From Octopus sinensis (Eukaryota): 64,000 nt of DNA. The position numbers were made by a program, and so were the translations under genes. A model generated the notes under the pieces. It saw only the letters and a program-made list of their open reading frames with translations, had not been told where the DNA came from and searched no databases. The stretch lies in NCBI RefSeq assembly GCF_006345805.1, contig NC_042997.1, positions 74,090,001 to 74,154,000 of the forward strand, in the 5' to 3' direction. Shown piece after piece: positions 1 through 11,920 of the stretch (the first letter of the stretch is position 1; the number at the start of each line of letters is the position of its first letter).

Positions 1-1231
1 CACATTTCAAAGGCTGTCAACGGCTTTTCGCAGCGCCTCGCCTCCGTCGCCGAGAGCCGCGGCAGCCCGTCGAGGTCGGACGTGAAATCCATCTTGTGAC
101 CCGGCTCATCTCTACTCCGGAATAGTTGAGCTAAACACCACTGAAAGGCCTCAGATATCTGTCTAGATCAGTTATCATTTGCCCGTCGTGGTCGGGCAAG
201 GATCGGACCGTGAATTTATTACCACGCCGTGCCTATTCCACTTGGGTCCAATGAACTGTTTTCGTCCCTTCGTGTCTAAGAGCACAGGACAACGCAACCT
301 TCGTGTTTCGCGTTGAAGAATTGGTCGAGTGCCAATCTCGATGCGAACACGTCGCGATGCCTTTTCTAAAAGCCTCGGCAAACGTTCTCATTAGCTCTAC
401 CTCTACTCTGTTTCTTTCTACTGCTAGTCTTTTTCTAAACATTATCGATTCTATTCTAATTGCCCTTTTTTAGGCGAACCACCATTTATTGTTGCCGATT
501 GCCCCTTTCAACGTCCGCTTAACTAATTCACTAATCTGGTCTCTGAAAACTTTGCGCGTTGGCAAGGACGCGTTCAATTTCCAGTAACCGGATTCCTGTC
601 TATGAAGCCTATTTAAGTCAACTTTACAGATCACAAATTTGTGGTCTGTGTAGTCGATTACTTTAAATTGTGTACAGCCTATGCTATCCTTATCAGCTCC
701 TCTACAGATACAATCTGGATGACCCGATGCGGTTTGGCCAGGTCCACACTGGCACATCAAGGAAATCCAGTCGATACTTGTCAGACAGTTAGAATCGTCA
801 GATCAGGTTTACGAGGCTTTTGAACCCTCCTCCTCTGTCTACTAACCCTACACAGTCCTACCGTACATCTAAAACTCCGTTCCAATCTTCCACAAACAGT
901 AGAAAGCGGGACGTTCCCAGGAAAGTTTCCAGATGTCTGAAGAGATCTGGTCGTCCTGCCCCTCTCAGGGCATAGATAGTAACTAGCCTGAATGTATGTC
1001 CTTCGTTGTCGGTCACGTCCAGCACCACCAACTTACTTTCAGAATCCAGGAAGATCGTCCGTATCGCGAGATCTAAATTTTTCCAAAACATCACGGCAAC
1101 TCCGTCTCCTGCTCCCGAAAATGAGTTGGAAGTCCGTGACTCGGAAATTCTGGTTTCACTAATGGCCACCACATTGACATTTAGTGCTATGAGGTCGTTG
1201 AGCAGGTGATCCGCTTCCAAGGCGATCTTTC
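1..1231 (-). mobile_element. L1/Tx1-clade LINE ORF2 fragment (APE endonuclease and linker), degraded
   Basis: ORFs 858..1493 (VVAISETR...GVAVMF...RLVTIYA...DWNGVLD) and 470..760 (YTDHKFV...YWKLNASL...NNKWWFA) carry APE endonuclease motifs and match the Tx1 copy at 61916..63706. Confidence 0.85.
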
Positions 1232-1963
1232 CTCCTTGTAATTCTGTCTTGATAGTTCCTATCCGCATTGCATCCTTTTTATGCACCACATTGTTTCCCC
1301 ATAAACCGCTCCAGAACTCCTTAGCTTGATTTGCATCAGGAGCAACATTTTCTCCATTGTCTCCTAATGTTCTGAAGAATTGCTTCGGGTTATTTTTGAG
1401 CAATCTGTTCTCATCGAAATCCTTATTTCTGTTCACAAATCTTCTGATCTTCTGGCTTTCTGCCATGCTCCTCTGTTTTAACTGCTCTATCACCCGTTCT
1501 TCCGTATCTTATATTTGTTCTCTAATTTTTCTCAGTCGGTCTTTTTCCCATTTTTCCAGTTTCCCCTTAACCATTGCTCAATTTTTCCTAGATCTTGCAT
1601 TGCCCGCATTATGTTCCTTCAATGCGTCGTTTCCACCATGGTTCTTTTGCTCCGCCATTTTTTGTTTTCTTAAGTTGTAATTTCTCCTCAGCAAGCAGTG
1701 CAATATCTCGGAGAAGATTCCTTGTTTGTGTTATGTCCTGCGTCTGGATGTATGGTATGACAGTATTTATCCTTTGTATTACTTTATTTATTATACTCCT
1801 ATCTACCCTTCTCATATTCACGGGGAGTTTTCCTTCTGGAGCATTCATCAACTCGGTGAGTCGTCTTTGAATTTCAATCAATTCATTATATAGTTGGTTC
1901 ATTTCCTCTGCATGTCCACCCACCACAGTATCAGGGTCCACTGTATAACGTTCTTGTTCCTCA
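1232..1963 (-). mobile_element. R4/Dong LINE N-terminal fragment, inverted relative to the adjacent 3' piece
   Basis: EPWWKRRIE and NPKQFFRTL...KEFWSGLWG motifs, homologous to PSWQERL and KNFYRKI...RFWNKIW in the Dong ORF at 12138..13547. Confidence 0.8.
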
Positions 1964-2513
1964 TATGAGCGAGTACCAAGTCAAGTTATGCAGGAGGATG
2001 GAAAAGTAACGATACTCTGGAACTATGATTTTCACACGCATTGTGTAATCGAACAATTTCTACCGGATATTGTTATATTGAATAAGAGAGACAAATACTG
2101 TCAATTCATTGATGTAGCCATACCAAATGACATGAATGTTGTGAGTAAAGCGGTTGAAAAAATCACCAAGTACTCCGAATTGAAAGTGGAAATGCAAGGC
2201 TGTATGGAATGCGAGGGGGTAATGTAAAAGTGATACCAGTGGTGATTGGAGCGTTGGGTTCAATCCCATTGAAATTTTAAGACTTCTTAAGGCAACTGAA
2301 AATCCCATGCAAGATTGATGTCTTGCAAAAATCAACTTTATTGGGCACAGCTCACATCTTGAGGAAAGTATTATCTGTCTGAGGGCCTTGTTGTGACTTG
2401 ATAGATAACTAAAGACTCCGGTGCATTTTTACCTACACTGTGTTACGAAGGAATGATAATAATAATAAAATAATAATAATAATAATAATAATAACAACAA
2501 CAACAACAACAAC
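1964..2513 (+). mobile_element. R4/Dong LINE 3' end (REL endonuclease, 3' UTR, (TAA/CAA)n tail)
   Basis: ILWNYDF...PDIVI...IDVAIP...EKITKY PD-(D/E)xK motif; tail starts ~2455. Confidence 0.85.
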
Positions 2514-3059
2514 ACACACTAGATAAAGCCAACATCACACTAGATAAAACCAATGAAATCAGAGAGTTAGACCAAAGCCAGACTTACAAATATTTAGGAA
2601 TCCATCAACTAGATATGATACAACACACACAAATGAAAGAGAAAATAAAGAAAGAATACCATAGACGAATTAGATCAATAATAAAAACAGAGCTCAATGT
2701 TAAAAACAAGATAATAGGTATTAACACTTTAACCGTTCCAGTTATAAGTTACAGCTACAATATCCTTAACTGGACACTAAATGAACTAACCAAAATTGAC
2801 AGGAAAACAAGAAAAATAATGACAGGATCTAGGATGCACCACCCAAAATCTGACATAGAAAGGCTATATACACAACGTATAGAAGGTGGTAGAGGCCTTA
2901 TACAGCTGGAAACTATTATAAAATAACCACCATAGGACTGCAAAAATACCTACTTCAGAAGCAAGGAAAACTAATACAAAACACGAGCAAAACAAAAAAC
3001 AGTTCTAAGTATTTAAGGAAGCTGACAAATACAAACAAGAAATCATACTACCTAACAAA

Positions 3060-3090
<31 letters not shown>

Positions 3091-4129
3091 AAGAAGAAGA
3101 AGAAGAAGAGAAGAAGAAGAAGAAGAAGAAGAAGAAGAAGAGAGAAGAAGAAGAAAGAAGAAGAAAGAAGAAGAAGAAGAAGAGAAGAAGAAGAAGAAGA
3201 AGAAGAAGAAGAAGAAGAAGAAGAAGAAACAAAAGCTATAAAACAAATGAAATCCAAACCAAAACTAGAACAGCAACGGACCATGATAAAAGCCCCTTGA
3301 TGGTAAATACTGGGCTAAACTAGATGCAAAAGAAATAGACAGAGAAAAATCACAGCAATGGTTGAGAAGCTCAGGACTCAAAGCAGAAACAGAGGGATTT
3401 TTAATTGCAGCACAAGACCAAAGCCTCCCCACCAGAAATTACCAAAAACATATAATAAAAAGTAACTGCAGAATATGTGGAGATGGACAAGAGACAATAA
3501 ATCATATTAACTCTGGCTGCCCAGTCCTGGCTATGAAGGAATATATTCACAGACACGACAGACTTAGGACCAACATACAATGGAAGCTATGCCAACACTA
3601 TGGAATAACAAAAGAAAAAAGATGGTATAAGCACACAGCAGAAAAGGTCACAGAAAACGAGAAAGCAACCATACTCTGGGATATGCCAATACACACAGAT
3701 AGAGAAATTAAGGCCAATAGGCCCGATATAGTTGTCAAAGATAATGAAGGAAAAAATGCTTTCTAATTGACGTATCAATACCAGCAGATGACAACCTTTC
3801 TCTAATATAAATGGAGAAACTTTCAAAATACAACGACTTGGAAATAGAAGTAACTCGAATGAGGAATCAAAAAACAGAAACAGTCCCTATCATAGTGGGC
3901 GCATTAGTTATGTTTAAAAAATATTCAGACATAAAAAAACACCAGGACTTACAACTATATACAACATACAGAAACTTGCACTACTGGGCACTGCACACAT
4001 CCTGCGCAAAACACATCCAATACAGTAACCATAAGATCATCACAGCAACCCACAGCACATACCCAAGGTGCACAGAGCCTGCGCTCGGTAGTGAAGTAAA
4101 AGCACGTTATAAAAATAAAACTACTGAAT

Positions 4130-4130
<1 letters not shown>
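2514..4130 (+). mobile_element. 5'-truncated R4/Dong LINE (RT thumb, CCHC, REL) with internal (GAA)n
   Basis: YKYLGI, MHHPKSDIERLY...GGRGL, ETEGFLIAAQDQ, CRICG...HINSGC, NRPDIVVKD; same subfamily as 53228..55112. Confidence 0.9.
3060..3228 (+). repeat. (GAA)n microsatellite inside the Dong coding region
   Basis: Directly visible. Confidence 0.95.
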
Positions 4131-4376
<246 letters not shown>

Positions 4377-4808
4377 GTGCTTTCACTTCACTACCGAGCG
4401 CAGCTCTGTGTGCCTTGGGTATGTGCTGTGATTTGTTGTGATGCTCTGATGGTTATTGTATGGAAAGTGTTCTGCGTAGGATGTGGGCAGTGCCTAGTAG
4501 TGCAATTTTCTGTATGTTATATGTGTTTGTAAGTCCTGGTGTTTTTGTTATTAAAAAAATATTCAGACAAATACATAACAAAAACACCAGGACTTACAAA
4601 CACATATAACATACAGAAAATTGCACTACTAGGCACTGCCCACATCCTACGCAGAACACTTTCCATACAATAACCATCAGAGCATCACAACAAATCACAG
4701 CACATACCCAAGGCACACAGAGCTGCGCTCGGTAGTGAAGTGAAAGCACGCTATAAAAATAAAAATAAAACTACTGAAGAATAATAATAATAATAATAAT
4801 AATAATAA
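4377..4808. mobile_element. Fold-back Dong 3' end: 175-bp inverted arms (4377-4551, 4575-4749) plus (TAA)n
   Basis: Arms are reverse complements, no mismatch seen by eye; sequence equals the Dong 3' end (IQKIALLGTAHILRRTLSI plus UTR). Confidence 0.9.
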
Positions 4809-5540
4809 GGACCACCTAATCTCTGGATGTAAAGGGACCACCTAATCTCTGGATGTAAAGTCTTAGCACCAGTGGAATATAAATTAAGACATGACAGAGT
4901 TGGCCAATATCTCCACTGGCTAATAAGTCGGCATTACAATATCAAAACTGCCGACAAGTGGTATAATCACCACCCTGAGGCTGTAACTGAAGGAGAAAAT
5001 ATAACCATTCTGTGGGACTTTCCAGTACATACAGACCGAACCATCAAGGCCAATAAACCAGATATGTTGTGAAAGACCAAAACAATAAAGTTTGCTTATT
5101 GATCGACATGAGCATCCCCTGTGATCATAATATCTCAGCGAAAGAGTTTGACAAGCTCAGAAAATATAAAGACCTACTCATTGAAATTGAGAAAATGTGG
5201 CATCTCAAGGCGGTTACAATACCAGTGATCGTAGGAGCATTAGGAATGATCAAGAAGGGAACCGAAAATTATATGAGAATGATCCCTGGCTTACCATCCC
5301 TGCAAGAAGTGCAAAAGATTGTCTTAACTGGTACATCACACGTATTGAGAAGAGCATTGTCGATGTGAGAACTGTTGCTGCTCATGTATTTTAATTTAAC
5401 TTAAAAAAAAAAAAAAAAAATGAACGAACTACTGAGTTTGGTTTAATGGCCTACCAATGTATACTATGAGTTTCTTTGCCCTAGGAGTCGGGAGGACACT
5501 CGGCAAGAAATGGAAGCAAATTTGAAAGAAGAAAAAAAAA

Positions 5541-5588
<48 letters not shown>

Positions 5589-5591
5589 TTA

Positions 5592-5627
<36 letters not shown>

Positions 5628-5634
5628 GTAATAC

Positions 5635-5719
<85 letters not shown>
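4809..5719 (+). mobile_element. 5'-truncated R4/Dong LINE (REL domain) with (TAA)n/(GAT)n tail
   Basis: RHDRVG...ILWDFPVHTDRTIKANKPD...LIDMSIP...IVGALG...GTSHVLRRALSM. Confidence 0.9.
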
Positions 5720-5722
<3 letters not shown>

Positions 5723-6760
5723 AGGCAGCAGTTTGAATCTCCTTATGTCCTGATCGATGATACATCTAGTGATGGTATCACAATAAAAACACTGGTAACT
5801 GCGCAACTTGATAATCGTTACCTCATTTGAGTGACAATGAAAAACAAAATATTATGAGTAACAGTGGTAATGAAACCGAAGCCCTTTGATGATGATAGTG
5901 CTGCAACCGGAAGGTTCAGAGATACTGGTCCGACTCCAGCCTGTCGTTATCCAGCAATAGACCAGCACTCACAGCGTTGATGGAACAAACAAGTCAATGC
6001 TGTGGTTAGGGAGTGCTACTACCTGAGCAACCCTATAGATGAAAATGATGCTCAAATTAGGGGATACCGACGACGTATGTATGATCAACGGAGGGAAGGG
6101 GGATTGTTTCAACTCACGGAACAGAGATTATGTGATCAAGCTAGAGTAATAAGAAAAAATCGTTGGTTCACAGAAGTAGAGCTCGAAGCTATCAAATGAC
6201 GGGTATTGGAAAACAGCAGCAGAAAAACAATGAAAATACAGTTCTTACTGATAAAAGTAACCTCATAGCAGAAAACAGATGTGAGATATCTAATAAACCA
6301 CAGCAAAGAACAGTGATAGCTTGCTCTATGAGAAACATATAGATGGTCTAGAAGAAGACAATAAAACTAATGGTGACTAATGGGCAGAAGGCAATCAATG
6401 ACAGAATAAAGGCAAGGCTACTGGAGAACGAGAGCGACATTATTTGCAGCTTTAAAAAGGCTGATTGGTGGAAATCGAACAAAGAAATGAAAAATGTAAC
6501 TGAAATTCTGAAATACATCAGAACTTGATCAAGGTAGCAAGCATTGTTGTAGCAGAAAATGTGGGCGTTGATGTCAAGAAAAAGGGAGTGACAAAAGAAA
6601 ACATCCATGGTAGAAAAGAAGAATACAGGTGAGGTTAGATATGCTCTCGAAGGACATTTCTGTGTTAGACCGAAAAGAGAAGGGGGAGCTTGAAAGCGAA
6701 CAAAACTACAGGGTACTGAACAGGAAGTATGATATTGAAAGAAAGGGCCCGAAATGCATA
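5720..6760 (+). mobile_element. Degraded R4/Dong N-terminal fragment
   Basis: ECYYLSNP...GYRRRMY...[27 protein letters not shown], typical R4-clade N-terminus. Confidence 0.75.
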
Positions 6761-6879
6761 ATTTTGAGAAGAACCACCCTCCGATCGCTCCTCTTCTGTT
6801 AATAAATACATTTAACAGAAATTCTATCAAATGACGTGAGTTTAAACAAATATATTGAAATAAATCCAGCAATCAATCA

Positions 6880-7550
6880 CAATTTAATTATCTAGAGCTT
6901 CTAAATATCCAATGTTTTGAGTTGTCCTTTTATTGGTGTATACATGAAAAGATTTCGGGGACTTCCATCTCGTGAACATCCTACATATGATTGCCCATGA
7001 GAAAAGCAAGGTGAAGTCCAACAACCTTGAGATTTGTTTATTGACATGGGAACCGAAACAGTTTAAATCCAAAAGGAAGGTCATATGGGATTAACGGAAT
7101 CCGTGGAATGAAGATATCCTCATACTTATAGTTCCCAGACATAACTGTTGTCTCTAGGATATGGGGTCGCATTGCTTTCACCACCAGTCTGGTGCCATTG
7201 CACAGGCGAAGTGGATCCAGATTCTTGAGCAGCATGATTGTGGCCCCCTTTTTAAGTGTTAAATGGTGAGGTGGCATCCCAGATGTTTGCAGATAGTTCA
7301 GGAACTCAGTTGGAAAAACTACAACCTGGTCCTGATCAATGACAGTATCGAAGAATCTGAAATACTGTTCTTGTCTTGGCAACAGCTGTAAGAGATCCTA
7401 GTTGCTTTTATCGACAGCATCATGACGTGGAGCTGAAATGACTTGCACACAGAGCCATTGACTGTTGCTAAAGATTTGTGCAATGTTTGGGAGCACATGC
7501 ATTATGAGATCATTGACCACCCCACCAGCGATTTCGCCATCCATAGAGGG
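6880..7550 (-). mobile_element. Helitron Pif1-type helicase C-terminal fragment
   Basis: FPTEFLN...GMPPHHLTLKKGATIMLLKNLDP..LCNGTRL...IPRIPLIP; downstream HGQSYVGCSRV in another frame. Confidence 0.85.
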
Positions 7551-9239
7551 CACACATATATACAGTTGAGGCCAAAATGTTCAGAACGGCATTGTTTTCG
7601 TCAGAAAAGAAGTTATAAGTTTTTATCAAAGTTGTTTTATATTCTATAATTTTCACAGACAATAAATATGATATTATTTGTTATTGTCTGAGATTTTTGT
7701 GTAATTTGAGAGGATAATACAAAAGTTATGGATGATTTAGGGATTTACTGCAAAACCCATGCTAGAGAAGATATCGCTAGATTATAAACGTAAATAATAG
7801 TAAGAAAACCTATCAACCCCAAAATTAAGTAAAGGTGCAAAAATATTAGAACCAAAGAACAATAAACTAAGAAGATGTATCAACCCCAAAATTAAAGAAA
7901 GGTGCAAAAATATTAGAACCAAAAAACTGTACACTAAGAAGATGTACAATCACAATCAATAGTCCTATACAAAGCTAGTTAATAACAATAACAATAAAAA
8001 ACTATAAATAAATAATAATATTACAACAATGATAATAACAAGAATAAGAATAATATTTCTAAAACATAACGAAATAGAGAAACGATAAAATGTCAAACTT
8101 AGCTTTGTGAAGTGAAAGAGTAACTGATTTTTAATGTAAAAAAGTTAAAGCGTTTATAAAATTTATTGCGTGGAGACTTAGTGCAAAGAAATAGTATAAA
8201 TACTCAATGAAAATGGTCAAGTTTTTTTATCAATGAAAAATACGAAAAAACATTAAAGCCTCATGAACTAAAGAAATGTGAGAAAAAAATACAACTTATG
8301 GAGAAACTAATATGAAGACACCCAACTAAAACTAACAGACACCTATTAATATATCAATAACAAAATTAACCACAGCTAAACATTAATCCCAAAATAATAC
8401 AAAATCCAAACGAAAAGGAGAAAAGAACGTTGCTAAGTTAGTTGAGAAGATATCGCTAGATTATAAACGTAAGTAATAGTTCTTAGCGTCTATAAGAAAT
8501 AAAACCCGTGGAGACGTTGCGTGGAAAAATAGTATAAAACTATAAATGAAAAAGGCTAAAAGGAATTTATTAATGAAATACGGGAATTATCTAAACTTCA
8601 TGAATAAAATAAAATTAATAAAAATAGTAAAAATAGTATATTAAGTATTACTTGTTCAACAACACAACCCGGACCATACAACAAGCCGTACGCGATTATA
8701 AATATTATTATCATTAATATTATAATTATCAACATAATTATTCACTACCAAAATCCAATCTACAACAAACTGCCAACTAACGCCAAATTAATTCACAGCC
8801 GACTATCCCCTACCATTGAACCCTACCCATAGTCCCCAACACATGAAGCCCAAAACTCATCTCAAACTCACCATCAACAAATATTATTCGTCATTATGTT
8901 TAAAATATTAATAAAACTTATAATTAAACAGTATATAATACTCTAATACTATTAAATAATATCTACAATAAAATAAGTAAGCCACAAAAGACAAAATAAG
9001 GTTTAATAATACTAAAGATAAGTTAAATGTAATATATAAGTACATAAAATTAAAATATCATTTAATTTAAAAGACTATTTACTATAAATTTAAAGTCTAA
9101 ATAATAAGTAATCAAATCAAATACACATATATTATGTTGAAAATAATTTATATTACTATAATATTTATTTTAAAATAATATAATTAATATAATTATTTAT
9201 TTATCATTTAAATCTATTATAAAGGTACTTTAATTTATG

Positions 9240-10200
9240 TTTACATTTAATTTTACGTTCGTCCAAAGAGTTTACGAACGCACAATTGTTATGAAATATT
9301 TCCCTAAATTCGTTATTACAAAAAGAACAACTATACTCCCTATATTATATGATTTAGCCCAACAAATAATATCCCAATTTAATTTATATTTAATAGATCT
9401 AAATTTAAGATGCCAAATATATTTACTGAGACCTGTTAAATTTATAAGATTTTTATTCCTAAAAGAATACATATGTTGGGAAATTCTATTTTTAATTTTA
9501 TTCAAAGTAGACCCTATATAGATAGTATTTAAATTACGATTATTAAAATTCTTATCATCTATTATAGTTACCCTACACCTATAGACTACATTATCTAAAT
9601 TACAATAATTTTTCAATTTACATGTAGACTTTTCCTACATGTACAATAAATCAACTCTTGGTCTTTATTATTATAATTATAATTAATATTTAATCTATGA
9701 TTATAAAATTTCTTTAATTTAAAAATATTACACGAAGAAATAATATTACCAACATTATTTGTAGTAGAATAACCTACTCCCAAATTATCTTTAGAAAAAA
9801 TATAATATTTTTATTATCTCTAATAAATACTACAATTATATGTAAAATCTCTTTTATACGATTTGCTTTAACCTGAATCCCAAAAGGAATGATTAACCAA
9901 ATTTTATTTTTATTTATATCTTTTATATTATGATTATAATTAATATTATTATTGTTATTACTATCATTATAATTATTATTATAACTATCATTATTATATC
10001 TATAATCATTTTCAATATTATTAAATTTATTATCTTCATTAACTGAATTAAATTTAATCTTATTTTTATTTATATTTTTATTTATATTATTATTACTATA
10101 CTTTTTATTTGTTATTCTAATATTAAATTTAAGATTTCTATCATCAAAATTCCTATTATTATTAAGACGATTATTACCTAAATAAGATTTATCATAACAC
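9240..10200 (-). mobile_element. Naiad/Chlamys-type Penelope-like element, GIY-YIG and Asn-rich linker, degraded
   Basis: CTCR...C...NVVYRCRV...IYIGST...KNRISQHMYSF...TGLSKYIWHLK...W...SY, then CSFCNNE after a frameshift. Confidence 0.75.
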
Positions 10201-10445
10201 AGGCGATTAAGTTTATCATTATAAAAATCATTAAAATAATTATCTTTTAAATTAGGCGGCTAATTTATTTGTAATATTAAATTTTAAGTTAATTAGGTAT
10301 TATATTATTTGATATTTAGTCAACTTTGTTATAGATTCTTATATTTAAAGTATTTAATAATTTAAGTATTGTTTTAGTTTTCACTTATGTTATTTTAGTA
10401 TTTTCATATATATATATATATATATTAGAGATAATAAAAATATTT

Positions 10446-10542
<97 letters not shown>

Positions 10543-10568
10543 TATATTTATTAATTAATATTTTATTG

Positions 10569-10679
10569 TTGTAGGTTATTTTTAACCTGATGAGTGACTA
10601 TATTTATATCGAAGTGATTTCTCTACTACTATAATCATTTCTTAAATATAGCCACGAAACACATGTCGTTATTCTACAA
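10569..10679 (+). ncRNA. Type I hammerhead ribozyme with long stem II
   Basis: CTGATGA at 10587; stem II GTGACTATATTTA/TAAATATAGCCAC; GAAAC-ACAT-GTC; stem I TTGTAG..AAC/GTT..CTACAA. Confidence 0.85.
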
Positions 10680-10915
10680 ATTATATACGTTTTTATTATT
10701 ATTTTTTTGCAATTTACTTAATCATTGACATTTTATTGTTATTTTAATTTTAATATTTCTATTATATATAATTTTCTAGATGGTGTAATTTAATTGTTCA
10801 TTTTGAATTGATAAAAGGTGTTTTTTTCTAATTTTATATATATTATATTGTGTGCAATTTGATTAGTGTTTCTAAATTGAATTTTTTTATTGTAAGTTTT
10901 GGATTCTATTCCCGC

Positions 10916-10916
10916 A

Positions 10917-10968
<52 letters not shown>

Positions 10969-11155
10969 TAATAATAATAATAATAATAAAGAATAATAAT
11001 AATACGAAGAGGAAGAAGAAGAAGAAGAAGAAGAGAAGAAGAAGATAGAAGAAGAAGAAGAAGAAGAAGAAGAAGAAGAAGAAGAAAAGAAAAAGAGAAG
11101 AAGAAGAAGAAGAAGAAAAGAAGAAGAAGAAGAAGAAAATAGAAGAGAAAAGAGA
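10916..11155 (+). repeat. (TAA)n followed by (GAA)n
   Basis: Directly visible. Confidence 0.9.
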
Positions 11156-11920
11156 AGGCGGCTGGACGTGACAGAGGATGGACGTATTTTTACGATGCTC
11201 TGAACTGGAAACAGCGAACCCAGCAGGTCAACTGTAGAAAACTGGAAGATCTACTGTTTTCTGTAAGTAATTTGAATTACCCTCAAAATAAGTCAAAAAA
11301 AAAACTTACATATCTACAGCTCATACAAACGTACACCTAACAAGAAAAATTAGTAACATAAATATCTCCAATTCTGTGTGAACATTAACATTTAGTCGTC
11401 TCTCATGACTATAAGAATGTGTAAAATTGCCTTTTAAATTACCTTTTATTGTAACAACACAATTAAATGCACGATAAAAAGTTATGGAATTAAGTACCTA
11501 CTACTATATACATACAACTGAATTCAGAAATTTAAAAATATATACATAACATTGAACTCAGAAAGTTATTTGAAAAAAAAAAAAAAAAATCTTCGACGAA
11601 AACATCAGATAATATGTGTGAGTGAATATACATATATATACATATATATATGCATGTGGTGAAGAAGAAAAGAGAAAGGAAAAAAAAAAATAAATAAATA
11701 AATAAACGTAAACAGGTTTGACCTTTTACTGACCATTAACGTCCTTTGTCTCCACCATCTACCGTAGCTATTTATAGACCCAAAGAACATGAATTCTTTA
11801 ACCACCCATTCTCCAACACAATGGAGTGTTGATGGTGGCTGTGGCTACACATAAAACAATGTCATTGAAGATGATGATGGTGATGGTGATGGTGGTGAAG
11901 ATGATAGTAATAACAATAAT

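Noticed and set aside
7570-7610. Hammerhead candidate (CTGACGA on minus strand)
   Set aside because: Stems I and III cannot be formed
9272-9660. Selenocysteine (UGA) recoding as reported for some Naiad PLEs
   Set aside because: The conserved Cys positions I read (CTCR, C, CSFC) are TGT codons; no in-frame UGA at these sites and no SECIS recognised
11160-11270. Possible host exon ending in GTAAGT
   Set aside because: No clear acceptor, no recognisable peptide, no partner exons
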